In this document: positions 8,681 through 19,144 of the stretch, one piece after another
Numbering within the stretch: position 1 is the stretch's first letter
How the letters are laid out: every line of letters starts with the position of its first letter
IMG/VR virus record: IMGVR_UViG_2713897190_000002
Direction: 5' to 3' (one strand)
From: a virus
Taxonomy: Duplodnaviria; Heunggongvirae; Uroviricota; Caudoviricetes
DNA length: 38,367 nucleotides
The notes under the pieces: generated by a model
The model's input: only the letters and a program-made list of their open reading frames with translations
Told to the model about the DNA's origin: nothing
Databases searched by the model: none
Position numbers and translations under genes: made by a program

Positions 8681-11238
8681 CGTCCACCTCCGGAGAACAG
8701 ACCACCATCGCGCATCTGTGCCTGGATTTCATCACGGGCACCCTTGCGGGCCATGTCATACACCGCCTTCATCATCTGTGGACCTGGCAGACCATTCGTA
8801 CCGTCGTTCTGAATCACCACGTTGTTGTTCTGCTCAAACCTGATACCCTCTGAACGCCGCATTTGCGCCGGACTTCCGGTGCCACCGACATAACCGCCGG
8901 TGGCATAGCCGCGCATCAGCCGGTAGAGATTTCCCACGCCAATCCGGCTGGTTGCCTCCTTCGTGAAGACAAATTCACCACGGTGAACAATCCCCGCTGG
9001 CTCATATTTGCCGCCGGTTCCCGTAAATCCTCCGGTTGCAAAATGGAGTTTCGCCGCAGCGGCCTGAATGGCTGTACCGCCTGACGCGGATGCGCCGCCA
9101 CCAACAGCCCCGCCAATAGCGCTGCCGATACTCCCGACAATCCCCACCATTGCCTGCTTAAGCAGAATTTCTGTCATCATGGACAGCACGGAACGGGTGA
9201 AGCTGCGCCAGTTCTGTTCACTGCCGGTCAGCATCGCCGCCATATTCTGCGCAATACCATCAAAGGTCTGCGTGGCAGCACTTTTAACCTGCGACATACT
9301 GTCCGTGGCACTCTCTTCCCACTCACTCCAGCCGGACTTCAGGCCTGCCATCCAGTTCCCGCGAAGCAGGTCTTCAGCCGCCCAGGTCTTTTTCTGCTCT
9401 GACATGACGTTATTCAGCGCCAGAGGATTATCGCCATACTGTTCCTTCAGGCGCTGTTCCGTGGCTTCCCGTTCTGCCTGCCGGTCAGTCAGCCCCCGGC
9501 TTTTCGCATCAATAGCGGCCCGTTTTGCCCGTTGCTGCTGTGCGAATTTATCCGCCTGCTGCGCCAGCGCGTTCAGGCGCTCCTGATACGTAACCTTGTC
9601 GCCAAGTGCAGCCAGCTGGCGTTTGTACTCCAGCGTCTCATCTTTATGCGCCAGCAGGGATTTCTCCTGTGCAGACAGCTGGCGACGTTGCGCCGCCTCC
9701 TCCAGTACCGCGAACTGACTCTCCGCCTTCCACAAATCCCGGCGCTGCTGGCTGATTTTCTCATTTGCTCCGGCATGCTTCTCCAGCGTCCGGAGTTCAG
9801 CCTGAAGCGTCAGCAGGGCAGCATGAGCACTGTCTTCCTGACGATCGCCCGCAGACACCTTCACGCCGGACTGTTTCGGCTTTTTCAGCGTCGCTTCATA
9901 ATCCTTTTTCGCCGCCGCCATCAGCGTGTTGTAATCTGCCTGCAGGATTTTCCCGTCTTTCAGTGCCTTGTTCAGTTCTTCCTGACGGGCGGTATATTTC
10001 TCCAGCGGTGTCTGCAGCCGTTCGTAAGCCTTCTGCGCCTCTTCGGTATATTTCAGCCGTGATGCTTCGGTATCGCTCTGCTGCTGCGCATTTTTGTCCT
10101 GTTGACTCTGCTGTTCAGCCTTCTTTCGGGCGGCTTCAAGCGCAAGACGGGCCTTTTCACGATCATCCCAGTAACGCGCCCGCGCTTCATCGTTAACAAA
10201 ATAATCATCCTTGCGCAGATTCCAGATGTCGTCCGCTTTCTTAAACGCAGCCTCTGCCTTAATCAGCATCTCCTGAGCGGTATCAGGACGACCAATATCC
10301 AGCACCGCATCCCACATGGATTTGAATGCCCGTGCTGTCCTGTCTGCCCAGGTTTCCAGCGTGCCCATGTTCTCTTTCAGGCGTCGGGTCTGGTCATCAA
10401 ACCCTTTCGTTGCGGCCTCGTTCGCCGCCTGCAATGCCCCGGATTCATCGCCGGAACGCTGCAACTGAGCAACATACGCAATCTGCTCCGCCGTTACGTT
10501 ATGGAACTGGCGCGCCATCGCCGTCAGCCCCGACGTCGGGTCAGTGGTCAGCTTCCCGAAGGCTTCAGCGACCTTGTCCACCTCCACGCCGGATGCAGAG
10601 GAGAAACGCGCCACACTCTGGCTGATGGATGCAATCTGAGCCTCACCGCTTACTCCCGCCTTAACCAGTGCGCTGAGTGACTCGCTGGTCTGGTTAAACG
10701 TCAGCCCTGCCGCCTGCCCGGCTCTGGACAGGACCAGCATACGATCTGCCGTCAGACCCGACTGATTGCCGGAAAGGACCAGCGTTTTGTTGAAATCGGA
10801 CAGGGTTGAGTTACCCTGATACCAGGCATACGCCAGCGCACCGGTCGCCACCGCCAGCGAGGTGGCCCCGACCATCGGCAGGGTGATCGCACCGGCAAGC
10901 CCCCGGAACATGGGGATCATCCCGCCGAAGGAGTCCTTAACCTGACCACCCTGTTGCAGCAGGATCAGCCACGGGCTTTGCCCGCCTGCAAGCTGCGTGG
11001 CCACGTCGGTGAACTGTGCAGGCAGCATACGCATGGCGGCTTTATACTGCCCGACGGAAATCCCCGCTTTCTGTGCAGCCAGCGCCTGTCGGCTCAGCGA
11101 CTGTTCAACGACTGCCGCTGTTTTTTTCGCATCACTTTCCGTACCGGAAAAATGACGCCTGACTCTGGCCATCTGCTCGTCAAATCTGGCCGCATCCAGA
11201 CTTAAATCAACGACCAGATCGCCTACCGGTTCAGCCAT
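8677..11238 (-). CDS. H: tail tape measure protein H
   Basis: 853 aa (same as lambda gpH); coiled-coil-rich middle, Gly-rich C-terminus; lies between G-T and M. Confidence 0.92.
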   Translation of the reverse strand: MAEPVGDLVVDLSLDAARFDEQMARVRRHFSGTESDAKKTAAVVEQSLSRQALAAQKAGISVGQYKAAMRMLPAQFTDVATQLAGGQSPWLILLQQGGQVKDSFGGMIPMFRGLAGAITLPMVGATSLAVATGALAYAWYQGNSTLSDFNKTLVLSGNQSGLTADRMLVLSRAGQAAGLTFNQTSESLSALVKAGVSGEAQIASISQSVARFSSASGVEVDKVAEAFGKLTTDPTSGLTAMARQFHNVTAEQIAYVAQLQRSGDESGALQAANEAATKGFDDQTRRLKENMGTLETWADRTARAFKSMWDAVLDIGRPDTAQEMLIKAEAAFKKADDIWNLRKDDYFVNDEARARYWDDREKARLALEAARKKAEQQSQQDKNAQQQSDTEASRLKYTEEAQKAYERLQTPLEKYTARQEELNKALKDGKILQADYNTLMAAAKKDYEATLKKPKQSGVKVSAGDRQEDSAHAALLTLQAELRTLEKHAGANEKISQQRRDLWKAESQFAVLEEAAQRRQLSAQEKSLLAHKDETLEYKRQLAALGDKVTYQERLNALAQQADKFAQQQRAKRAAIDAKSRGLTDRQAEREATEQRLKEQYGDNPLALNNVMSEQKKTWAAEDLLRGNWMAGLKSGWSEWEESATDSMSQVKSAATQTFDGIAQNMAAMLTGSEQNWRSFTRSVLSMMTEILLKQAMVGIVGSIGSAIGGAVGGGASASGGTAIQAAAAKLHFATGGFTGTGGKYEPAGIVHRGEFVFTKEATSRIGVGNLYRLMRGYATGGYVGGTGSPAQMRRSEGIRFEQNNNVVIQNDGTNGLPGPQMMKAVYDMARKGARDEIQAQMRDGGLFSGGGR

Positions 11239-11665
11239 ACCGGACTCCTCCTGCGATCCCTTCTGATACTGTCATCAGCATTACGTCATCCTCCGTCATG
11301 CCCGCCATATCCGGGGAAGCGGGGATAACTTCATTTCCGTCCGGGTCAAAGCGGACGCCTCCGGTAAGCCCTGCCGCTTTCTGCATCAGCACATCATCTT
11401 CAGGCTCTTCGTCATCCTCACGCCGGTTCAGCAAACTGAAATCCAGCGGATGCATATCCGGATCGCTGAAAAACAGGCTGAGCACAGTGTACGTCAGCCC
11501 GGAAAAGTGCATATCCAGCAGAACATCATGAAAATAATGGGTACTGTAAAAGCGGTGCCAGTCGGCATACTCCGTGGATGACATCCCGGCAAGCATGGCG
11601 CGCCAGTCAGGTCGCCCCATCTCTCGCGCCAGTTTCAGGGCAAAACTCAGCTCACCGTCGAACAC
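11231..11665 (-). CDS. T: tail assembly chaperone T frame, expressed as a G-T fusion by -1 frameshift
   Basis: 144-aa reading frame overlapping the 3' end of G in the -1 frame, as in lambda; the annotated first codon is only the frame boundary (GTG), not an independent start. Confidence 0.8.
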   Translation of the reverse strand: MFDGELSFALKLAREMGRPDWRAMLAGMSSTEYADWHRFYSTHYFHDVLLDMHFSGLTYTVLSLFFSDPDMHPLDFSLLNRREDDEEPEDDVLMQKAAGLTGGVRFDPDGNEVIPASPDMAGMTEDDVMLMTVSEGIAGGVRYG

Positions 11666-12069
11666 TTTCCCGCAGAAACAGGCTCTGCAGGCCCGGAGTC
11701 CTCTGCCTGGTCAGGGGCATCATTCACCACAAACCCATACATACCGGACAGCCGGTACACCACGTTTTCAGCATGAGAAATTGCCTCCGCGGGCCAGGTG
11801 GTAAGCACTTCCTGCTCAATCTGTTTAACGGCTTCATTCATGGAAGGCTGCTTTGTCTTCTGCGGATGGTTATGCCACAGGGACATCGCCACCACAAAAG
11901 CACCGGTTCTGATGGCGTCTTCCACAGTAACCTGCCGGTTGCTGTCTGACTCCGCCTGTTCTGCCTGCTGTTTCATCAGGGCGAGATGCTCAATACGCTG
12001 CAGGGCTGACAGTTCAGAAAGCGTGACGGTCACGCCGTTATGTTCAAATGATTCGGTTTTCAGGAACAT
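11647..12069 (-). CDS. G: tail assembly chaperone G
   Basis: 140 aa, same length and position as lambda gpG; followed by the slippery site and T frame. Confidence 0.85.
   Translation of the reverse strand: MFLKTESFEHNGVTVTLSELSALQRIEHLALMKQQAEQAESDSNRQVTVEDAIRTGAFVVAMSLWHNHPQKTKQPSMNEAVKQIEQEVLTTWPAEAISHAENVVYRLSGMYGFVVNDAPDQAEDSGPAEPVSAGKCSTVS
11665..11671 (-). other. G-T programmed -1 ribosomal frameshift slippery site (GGGAAAG)
   Basis: Heptamer GGGAAAG on the - strand at the end of G, where the T frame opens; same motif as the lambda G/GT slip site. Confidence 0.8.
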
Positions 12070-12084
12070 CGCTGACTCTCCGGA

Positions 12085-12825
12085 TTAACTGTCGGTGACA
12101 GTGATTTCTGCAACCGCAGCAAGTTCACCATTACCGGATACAACCGGAATGTTGACCTTGCCTGCAGCAACGCCGTTCACGGTGATGGTCATACCACTGA
12201 CCGACACGGTGGCTTTTGTTTTATCCGCTGACACCGCACGGAAGCTCTTGTCAGTTGCGCCCTCCGGCTGGAAGGCCACGGTCAGCGTGGTGCTCTGCCC
12301 TTTCACCACCGAGGAGCTGGCAGGCGTCACGGTCATACCGGTTGCCGCCGTCACCGTACTGCGATCTTCTGCCATTGACGGACGGCCCACATTGGTGACC
12401 TTCACCGTACGGGTGATCACTTCCTTCGCCGTCACCGCCTTACCGATACTGCTGACCCAGCCACGGAACACATCGACCGTGCCGTTCGGGAAGCGGATTT
12501 TATAGGCACGGGTATCACCTTCATTAAACCACGCCAGCAGCGCCTGCTGCCCCTGCTCTCCGGGCATCCACGCCAGCGTGAAGCTGGTATCTCCGGCGGA
12601 TTTCTGCCCCTGCCCGGTCGCGGTCCAGTCCGCATCTTCATCATCGAGATAACTGTCGTCATAGGACTCAGCGGTCAGTTCGCCGGGCGTCAGGTCTTTA
12701 ATTTTTGCCAGACGCGACCAGTCATTGTCTGAAAGCGGGTTTGCATAAGGGTCGCCGCTCCCGTTATAAACCCACAGTGTGGTTCCGGCCCCTTTCACCG
12801 GTGCCAGAGGATTTGGTGTTGGCAT
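12085..12825 (-). CDS. V: major tail tube protein V
   Basis: Start set at the internal ATG ([20 protein letters not shown]...) with GAGGA upstream, giving 246 aa as in lambda gpV; the track ORF extends 10 codons further upstream. Confidence 0.9.
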   Translation of the reverse strand: MPTPNPLAPVKGAGTTLWVYNGSGDPYANPLSDNDWSRLAKIKDLTPGELTAESYDDSYLDDEDADWTATGQGQKSAGDTSFTLAWMPGEQGQQALLAWFNEGDTRAYKIRFPNGTVDVFRGWVSSIGKAVTAKEVITRTVKVTNVGRPSMAEDRSTVTAATGMTVTPASSSVVKGQSTTLTVAFQPEGATDKSFRAVSADKTKATVSVSGMTITVNGVAAGKVNIPVVSGNGELAAVAEITVTDS

Positions 12826-12832
12826 ATCGTCC

Positions 12833-13228
12833 TCACATTTCATAGGTAATGACATAAGTCAGATCGGCTGAACTCCACAGGCCCGCATCATCGTCGCGCC
12901 GGTAGTCATAGCCACTGGCCACCATACTGGTGATCAAATCTGACAGTGCCGGGATATCGCTCATCGCCGGATAAATCCGGCTTTCCATCCACGAATCCAG
13001 CTCTGAATCCGGCACCTGAGCAGGCAGGAAAACTTCAATATGCAGCTCCGCCTGCCAGGTATCGCTGTCCAGCTCTTCGCCCGTGTATTCAGCGCCGGTG
13101 AGATAAACGGCAATTGCCGGAAAATCCGCCTCATCAAAAACAGCGGGGCGACCATCAAAAAGCGTCGCCCCGGTGTCATGTTTTTCCAGTGCATCCAGTA
13201 CGGCTGCACGGAATTCAGTATGTTTCAT
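12833..13228 (-). CDS. U: tail terminator protein U
   Basis: 131 aa, same length and position as lambda gpU. Confidence 0.9.
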   Translation of the reverse strand: MKHTEFRAAVLDALEKHDTGATLFDGRPAVFDEADFPAIAVYLTGAEYTGEELDSDTWQAELHIEVFLPAQVPDSELDSWMESRIYPAMSDIPALSDLITSMVASGYDYRRDDDAGLWSSADLTYVITYEM

Positions 13229-13803
13229 CGCTTTATTACCATCCTCAGTTGATGCTGCAGCGCATAGCCCAGCTCTTTCGGAAGACGCTCACGCCGTATC
13301 CGCTCAATATTCTGTTTAAACGCCGTGGTCAGCGGCACCGCCATCGGAATTTTCACCACATCAATGGGGTAACGGTTTTTCCCGGCCACACGCTGCATGA
13401 CATGCCAGCGGCCATTTTTCAGTTGCTGAATAAACGCGCCGGGAATACGACGGTTACCCACCACAAGCACGCTGCCGCCACCTTTCAGGGATGAACGCTG
13501 CCCCTTTTTACGACGCCTGCGGCGCGAAAGGACAACCCGCGCATTACCCAGCCTGATTACGGGCAAATCCCCCCGGTTAACTTTGATTCTGGCCTGCGGA
13601 TTTTTGACCGTGGCCCTTTTCAGCCTGGCCCTTTCCTTTACCAGTTTCCGGCGTACCTTTGTCTCACGGGCAACCAGTGACGCCGACTGCGATATCGCGG
13701 ATGAAGCAACGCGGTTAATGGCCATTGCGGCGGCACCAGGCACTGCCGTTTTGCTGATACGGCTGAGGTTTTCAACGGCCTGCTCAAGACCTTTTATGGC
13801 CAT
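13225..13803 (-). CDS. Z: tail completion protein Z
   Basis: Start set at the internal ATG (MAIKGLEQAVENL...), giving 192 aa as in lambda gpZ; the track ORF extends 22 codons upstream. Confidence 0.85.
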   Translation of the reverse strand: MAIKGLEQAVENLSRISKTAVPGAAAMAINRVASSAISQSASLVARETKVRRKLVKERARLKRATVKNPQARIKVNRGDLPVIRLGNARVVLSRRRRRKKGQRSSLKGGGSVLVVGNRRIPGAFIQQLKNGRWHVMQRVAGKNRYPIDVVKIPMAVPLTTAFKQNIERIRRERLPKELGYALQHQLRMVIKR

Positions 13804-13814
13804 ACATCCCCCTT

Positions 13815-14168
13815 TCAGCGGCGACGGCTGGCGGCAGGTGGTTGCCCCCGGTTGAGCCAGAGATAACAACTCCCTCCGTCATCCGGAGAAACACGGTCCA
13901 CCCAGAACATCTCGCCGTTAATGGTCAGCGTGTCACCACGCCGTACAGCACAAACCGTATCCGTAAGCACAAATAATGACGGGTTACTTCCTTCAATACG
14001 GATCCCACTACTGGCAAAACCCAGCGACTCCGGATCGTCAAAAACGCCATGAACCTCGCCGCCACGCTGTGCACCGGAGGTGAACTGCGCACTGATGCCC
14101 ATCACTTCAACAATCGTACTGTCCACCCCGGCAAGGGCGGCATCAAAGGCATTCTGAAAATCACGCAT
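13815..14168 (-). CDS. FII: head-tail joining protein FII
   Basis: Start set at the internal ATG (MRDFQNAFDAALAG...), giving 117 aa as in lambda gpFII; C-terminus VDRVSPDDGGSC...RRR matches. Confidence 0.85.
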   Translation of the reverse strand: MRDFQNAFDAALAGVDSTIVEVMGISAQFTSGAQRGGEVHGVFDDPESLGFASSGIRIEGSNPSLFVLTDTVCAVRRGDTLTINGEMFWVDRVSPDDGGSCYLWLNRGQPPAASRRR

Positions 14169-14535
14169 AAACAGCCATTCCACCATCAACGTGTGTTTTT
14201 GCATCTGAGGACATAATCAGAATCACCCGACCAACATCCGCAAGCTCAACGGATTCCCCCGTTTCACCATCAACGCCACAGAGATGGAGGCAGGTCAGAA
14301 CTCTGATGCGCGTTAACGCGCCGGATGTTTCCTCACGAACATCATGAGCCGCGGTTTCCCGCTCCCGGATATCCATATTCATAACCTGTACATCATCGCC
14401 GGATGACTGCATTTCCTCTTCCCATTCTGCCACCCGCTGCGCTATCTCTGCGGCACTCCCGGATATATCCGGCTCACGCCCCAGAATCAGGGCCAGTTCA
14501 TCAAGCCGTTTCAGATTTTGCTCTTTCGTTGCCAT
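14161..14535 (-). CDS. FI: DNA packaging protein FI
   Basis: Lies between E and FII as in lambda; start set at the ATG preceded by AGGGGG (MATKEQNLKRLDELA...); sequence is more diverged than its neighbours. Confidence 0.65.
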   Translation of the reverse strand: MATKEQNLKRLDELALILGREPDISGSAAEIAQRVAEWEEEMQSSGDDVQVMNMDIRERETAAHDVREETSGALTRIRVLTCLHLCGVDGETGESVELADVGRVILIMSSDAKTHVDGGMAVYA

Positions 14536-14586
14536 ATCAGCCCCCTGTGAAAAAAGACACGGGGGCATTTCGCCCCCGCTCACGGA

Positions 14587-15615
14587 TTATTTCACCTGTA
14601 CCACCACAAACTCATCCGGGTCCGGCAACACCATCAGCGGCGCGGACTGCGTCATGGTAAATTCACGGGCGGGATCCCCTACCGTCAGCCAGTGTTTCGG
14701 ATAACGGGAAGAGGCCACCACACCTTCGGACAACGCCTGAGCATCCTGAATGGCACCGTAACAACGGATCCCATCTGCAGCAGTATTCCCCAGAACCAGC
14801 ATGCCATCTGGAAGATAACGTTTTTCGATACCGTCTTCTGCTATATAAGACGTTTTCGCCACCACAATGGCCAGATCGCCGTAATACCCCTTGAAGGACA
14901 CCACTGCGCCCAGATCTTTCACTGCCGTTTCGAGTTGAGAATTTGAACCGCGACGGGTATCCAGTTTTTCGCGGAACAGCTTAAAACCATTCAGAAGACG
15001 CCAGACGGTACCGTCCATAATGGCAATATTCACAAGACCGCTGGCCAGGTCGCAGTAGAGGTCAATATCATGTGTAGGATCGAACGTGTCACGATCCTGT
15101 TTTGACCACTCCTTACCACTACCCTGAGTGATGTTATTCTTCGTCGACCTGCCAAAATCGACCTCAATTTTCTCGAACTGGTCTCCTTCCATGGTGTATT
15201 TGCCATACAACACAGCATTTACCGCCTGCATTTCTTCCACCTGGACAATCGCGTGCTCTTCCTGTTTGAGGTTATCGGTAATGATACGCAGACGGCGGTA
15301 AGCCGGATCATTCAGTTGAGATGGATCTTCACCAGGAAGGCGCTCAACCGCCTGCTGGTAATTAAATTCGTGTTTCGGCTTGACGTAGCCCGGACGCAAC
15401 ACGCGGGTTTCACCACCACGATGACGCAGCACTTTTCCTTCAACAACCGGGGAGACATAGGCCGCCACCGGCGTTTTTCCGGTAATTTTGTCCAGCATCA
15501 CCTCTTCGGTATGGAAATTCACCGTACGGCGGAAAAACAGCTCCAGAAACAGCGCACGAAATTTAACTTTTTGTTCGGTATAACCGAGTAACTGGCGGGT
15601 CGTAAACAATCCCAT
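14587..15615 (-). CDS. E: major capsid protein E
   Basis: 342 aa (lambda gpE 341 aa); lies between D and FI. Confidence 0.92.
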   Translation of the reverse strand: MGLFTTRQLLGYTEQKVKFRALFLELFFRRTVNFHTEEVMLDKITGKTPVAAYVSPVVEGKVLRHRGGETRVLRPGYVKPKHEFNYQQAVERLPGEDPSQLNDPAYRRLRIITDNLKQEEHAIVQVEEMQAVNAVLYGKYTMEGDQFEKIEVDFGRSTKNNITQGSGKEWSKQDRDTFDPTHDIDLYCDLASGLVNIAIMDGTVWRLLNGFKLFREKLDTRRGSNSQLETAVKDLGAVVSFKGYYGDLAIVVAKTSYIAEDGIEKRYLPDGMLVLGNTAADGIRCYGAIQDAQALSEGVVASSRYPKHWLTVGDPAREFTMTQSAPLMVLPDPDEFVVVQVK

Positions 15616-15672
15616 AAATCAGTTCCTTTCATTCAGAAATCAGTCAGGCCACCGCGGTGGCCTGATAACGTG

Positions 15673-16020
15673 TTACGGCAGCGCCGCGTGACTCAGGGCA
15701 CTGCCAGCAAAGGCGTTGGCCTTTTTGTGTTCATCCACACTTTCAGGCCAGTGGATTGCCTCCGTCGCAAAGGTTCCCGACTTGTAATACGTCAGCGCCG
15801 TCTCTGTGCCTTCAAGCGGCAGTACCAGTATGCCAACCGCACTACCGGCTTTCTGTCCGTCCCAGACCACCAGTTTCCCGGTGGCTTCATCCAGCATCAG
15901 GGGCGTCAGTGCCGGTGTTGGCGAGGAAATCCCGCTGCTGCCTGTGGCGGTATGAGCCGGATCATTACCGGCAAAAATACGTACTTCCGCACGCTGTTCA
16001 GTGATGGTTTTCGTCACCAT
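15673..16020 (-). CDS. D: head decoration protein D
   Basis: 115 aa; motifs DPAHTAT, TPLMLD, YKSGTF, FAG shared with lambda gpD. Confidence 0.85.
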   Translation of the reverse strand: MVTKTITEQRAEVRIFAGNDPAHTATGSSGISSPTPALTPLMLDEATGKLVVWDGQKAGSAVGILVLPLEGTETALTYYKSGTFATEAIHWPESVDEHKKANAFAGSALSHAALP

Positions 16021-16056
16021 ATTGTAAAAACCTCCTATTGATGGTCAGCACTGACT

Positions 16057-17562
16057 TCATGGCATGGCCATGAGCATTTTCACGTCCGCATCACCGTCTG
16101 CTGACGTCTGTGCCACGCCACCCTGTACCGCTGCCGGTGAATGGTTCGCCATGAAATGTTCAAACATGGCGGTTGTGGATGCAGAGACCGGTTCTGCCTT
16201 ACCTGATCCCGCAGCCAGCACAGCCCGGGCGCTCTCCACTGTCATTCCCGGGCAGGCAGCCAGCTGTTCAGCCTGCGCCTCAGCCCCTTTTGCCTCATCC
16301 AGTGCCATGATCTGATCACGGAGTGATGGTCCGGCATCCGCCTGCGGTGAAGCAGCCAGGATCGGGCGGGCTTTTTCCACCGTCATCTCCGGCATCGCCG
16401 CCAGCGTTGCCGCCAGTTGTTCACGACCGTTCGCTTCTTCACACGCCATAATGCGATCGGCTTCACTCTGCGTGGATGCCACCGGCTGCTGCGGTGCCGC
16501 CGCGGCCAGAATCGCCCGGGCCTGTTCAACGCTCATGCCCTGTTGTCCTGCCAGCATCGTGGCAAGCTGTTCACGTCCTTTCGCTTCCTGGCATGTCAGG
16601 ATCCCCATCACTCGCTGGTTCTCCTGCGCGGCGGCTTCCGTTGCAGTTAATTGCGGCATAGTGCCTCCTCTGACATTACTGTTCAGCGCCGTGGCCATCA
16701 CACTGATGGCATCCGACGCATTGATTAATTCATCCGCCAGCCCGGCCTCAATGCCGGACTGACCTTCAAAAACGGCAGCCTCTGTTCCCGTGACGGCATC
16801 AACAGACAGACCGGTATACATCGCCACTTTTTCGGCAAACATCCGGCGCGCCGCATCAATCCGCTGCTGCATGTCCTGGCGAACCTCTGCCGGCAACGCT
16901 TCAAACTGATTGCCATCCACCTTGTGCGCCCCTGAGTAAATCAGCGTGATATCCACACCGGCCTGCGCCAGATGACCGGCATAGCTGACATGGCTCATCA
17001 TCACGCCAATGGAGCCGATACGGGATGTCTGGGTAACCAGCCGTCGGGAGCAGGCCGACGCCAGCAGCATGGCTGCAGAACAGGCCGTGTCATTGCACAG
17101 TGCCCAGACCGGCTTCTGCTGACGGAGGCGGTAAATCATGTCAGCGCAGTCAAACGCGCCGGCGGCCTGCCCGCCCGGACTGTCAATGTCCAGCAGTACG
17201 CCCCGCACCTGGCTATCCGCCATTGCCTGCTGAAGACAGGCGACAATGCCGTCATAGCCTGTCATTCCGGAAAATGGCCGCATACCACCCAGCCGGTGCA
17301 CCAGCGTGCCGGTCACCGGCAGTACAGCAATACCGTTCACCACCCGGTAAACACGGGCCGGTCGTTTACCTCCGGCCATGTACTCGTCCGTTTCAGCCAG
17401 CATTCCGGGAGCATCAAACTGTACCTGCTGTTGTGGTACCGAAAGACTTGCTGCCCCCATCTCGCGCCCGAGCGCGCAAAAGAAAACCCGCGCATAGGCG
17501 GGCTCCAGAAGCAGCGGTTCATTGAATGCTGCGGCAATAATGTGTGAAAGATTACGTCTCAC
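16057..17562 (-). CDS. C: prohead protease / scaffold C (S49-ClpP-like) with C-terminal tandem repeat modules
   Basis: N-terminus ...AFNEPLLLEPAYARVFFCAL resembles lambda gpC; 501 aa versus 439 in lambda; GTG start with GGAGA Shine-Dalgarno; C-terminal part holds three or four helical repeats of about 35-40 aa. Confidence 0.85.
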   Translation of the reverse strand: MRRNLSHIIAAAFNEPLLLEPAYARVFFCALGREMGAASLSVPQQQVQFDAPGMLAETDEYMAGGKRPARVYRVVNGIAVLPVTGTLVHRLGGMRPFSGMTGYDGIVACLQQAMADSQVRGVLLDIDSPGGQAAGAFDCADMIYRLRQQKPVWALCNDTACSAAMLLASACSRRLVTQTSRIGSIGVMMSHVSYAGHLAQAGVDITLIYSGAHKVDGNQFEALPAEVRQDMQQRIDAARRMFAEKVAMYTGLSVDAVTGTEAAVFEGQSGIEAGLADELINASDAISVMATALNSNVRGGTMPQLTATEAAAQENQRVMGILTCQEAKGREQLATMLAGQQGMSVEQARAILAAAAPQQPVASTQSEADRIMACEEANGREQLAATLAAMPEMTVEKARPILAASPQADAGPSLRDQIMALDEAKGAEAQAEQLAACPGMTVESARAVLAAGSGKAEPVSASTTAMFEHFMANHSPAAVQGGVAQTSADGDADVKMLMAMP

Positions 17563-19144
17563 GTGGTGTTGTCTCCTCTTCCGGCCTACGACTCTCCGCT
17601 ATCTGCTGCTGATACGCCTGCTCTATCCACACCGGACGTGAGAGTCCGGCTTTTTGCCGCTCAGCAGATTCCCTGACCTGCTGGCGGAAAATGTCCTGAT
17701 AATCCTCGCCCATCAGCGCCAGCTCTTTCTCATACGTGCTCAGTCCGGCCTCAATGCGCATCACTGATTCCTGGACTTCCTTGAGCCCGTCAATGGCCAT
17801 TCTTCCGGCACCAATCCACTCTGCCCGTGACCAGGCTGATCGCGCCTGATAAAAATCAAAACGTGCCCGTGGCGGACGAATAATCCCCCGAAGAAGTGCC
17901 TCTTCCAGCCAGCAGGAAAACATCTGCGTGGCCAGCCGGGCCGCAATAAATTTTCGCCGCCCCATAAAATAGCGCCACGACTCATTGGCGGAGGCGCGGG
18001 CACTTGAGTAACTGACCTTCGAGTAATCACGGGACAACTGTTCGTAGGAAACGCCAAGACCGGCGGCGATATACCGCAGCAGCGCCTGTTCAAGCGCAGA
18101 AAATCCATTGTCTGAATCCTGCGCAGTCTGTAGTTTCAGATCATCACCAGGGAAAAGGTGCGGAATTTTGACACCGCCCAGTGTCACGTTATTCGTGTCA
18201 TACCAGCTGGAAAACTTCTCCAGAATATTAATAAGCGGATTATCCTTCTGCTCCTGTGGCGCGCCGGCGATATATTCAAAGGCCTTTTCGGTATCAAGTT
18301 CACTTTCAATCGTCGCTGCATACATCGCCTTCACTATGGCCGACTGAAGCTGTGTTGCCTGCAGGGAATCGAGCATCTTCAGCCGTTCCATGACGCTGTA
18401 AAACTGATTAGCCCCACGGGTCTGCCCGTCCTCCACCGGCTCGAAAATATGCAGCATGGCCGGACGCCCGGTGGGAAGTTCACGCGGGATCCGTTCCCAT
18501 CGTCCACTACCAGAGAACGGAAAATCATCCTCACAGATATGGTACGCGACGGCACGGCCATATCGATCGACCTCCACACCGGCCCGCAGAAAACGGTTCC
18601 CCATACCGTGTCCAGGCGTGTCCACCCGTTTCGGACTCACGGCTTTAAAACGCGTACGGAATAACTGCGTGGTTTCCGTATCCCAGACCGGCTGCACAAA
18701 GATTTCGCCGTTAAACGCATGAACGCCCACACCTTCACGGATAAATTCCGTGAACGTGCGTTTTCCTTCCACGTCGATCTCGCCAAACATCCCTTCGGCG
18801 TATTCCGACCAGGCCGCCTCCACCTCATCGACAAAGCTTTTTGCTGCGGTCTCCCGCATCCCCAGCCAGCGCCAGTTCGGACGGTAGCTGATCAGAAACA
18901 TATGCCCGACAATGTGATCCTTATGCAGAGCCACCGCATTAGCCGCTATTCCGTTATTGCGCACCAGATCATCTGCCCGGGCATTCCCCAGACGCAACGC
19001 GGGCAGCAGGGCCGCATCGGCACTCTGCGCCGGTGGCAACCACTCAGCCATTTGCCCGCCAAATCCTGCACCGCCCCCGTTGTAGCTGAGACTCTCACGA
19101 AGCGGAACGCCGTTCACATCAATCAGGACAGGCGTTCGTTTCAT
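17552..19144 (-). CDS. B: portal protein B
   Basis: Start set at the ATG overlapping the W stop (MKRTPVLIDVNGVPL...), about 530 aa (lambda gpB 533 aa); the track ORF begins 10 codons upstream at GTG. Confidence 0.9.
   Translation of the reverse strand: MKRTPVLIDVNGVPLRESLSYNGGGAGFGGQMAEWLPPAQSADAALLPALRLGNARADDLVRNNGIAANAVALHKDHIVGHMFLISYRPNWRWLGMRETAAKSFVDEVEAAWSEYAEGMFGEIDVEGKRTFTEFIREGVGVHAFNGEIFVQPVWDTETTQLFRTRFKAVSPKRVDTPGHGMGNRFLRAGVEVDRYGRAVAYHICEDDFPFSGSGRWERIPRELPTGRPAMLHIFEPVEDGQTRGANQFYSVMERLKMLDSLQATQLQSAIVKAMYAATIESELDTEKAFEYIAGAPQEQKDNPLINILEKFSSWYDTNNVTLGGVKIPHLFPGDDLKLQTAQDSDNGFSALEQALLRYIAAGLGVSYEQLSRDYSKVSYSSARASANESWRYFMGRRKFIAARLATQMFSCWLEEALLRGIIRPPRARFDFYQARSAWSRAEWIGAGRMAIDGLKEVQESVMRIEAGLSTYEKELALMGEDYQDIFRQQVRESAERQKAGLSRPVWIEQAYQQQIAESRRPEEETTPRET

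Noticed and set aside
9068-10680. Several 140-190-aa ORFs on the + strand
   Set aside because: They are antisense to the tape measure gene H, which is supported by its exact lambda length and gene order.
16972-17547. 191-aa and 141-aa ORFs on the + strand
   Set aside because: They are antisense within the C gene, with Arg/Pro-rich composition.
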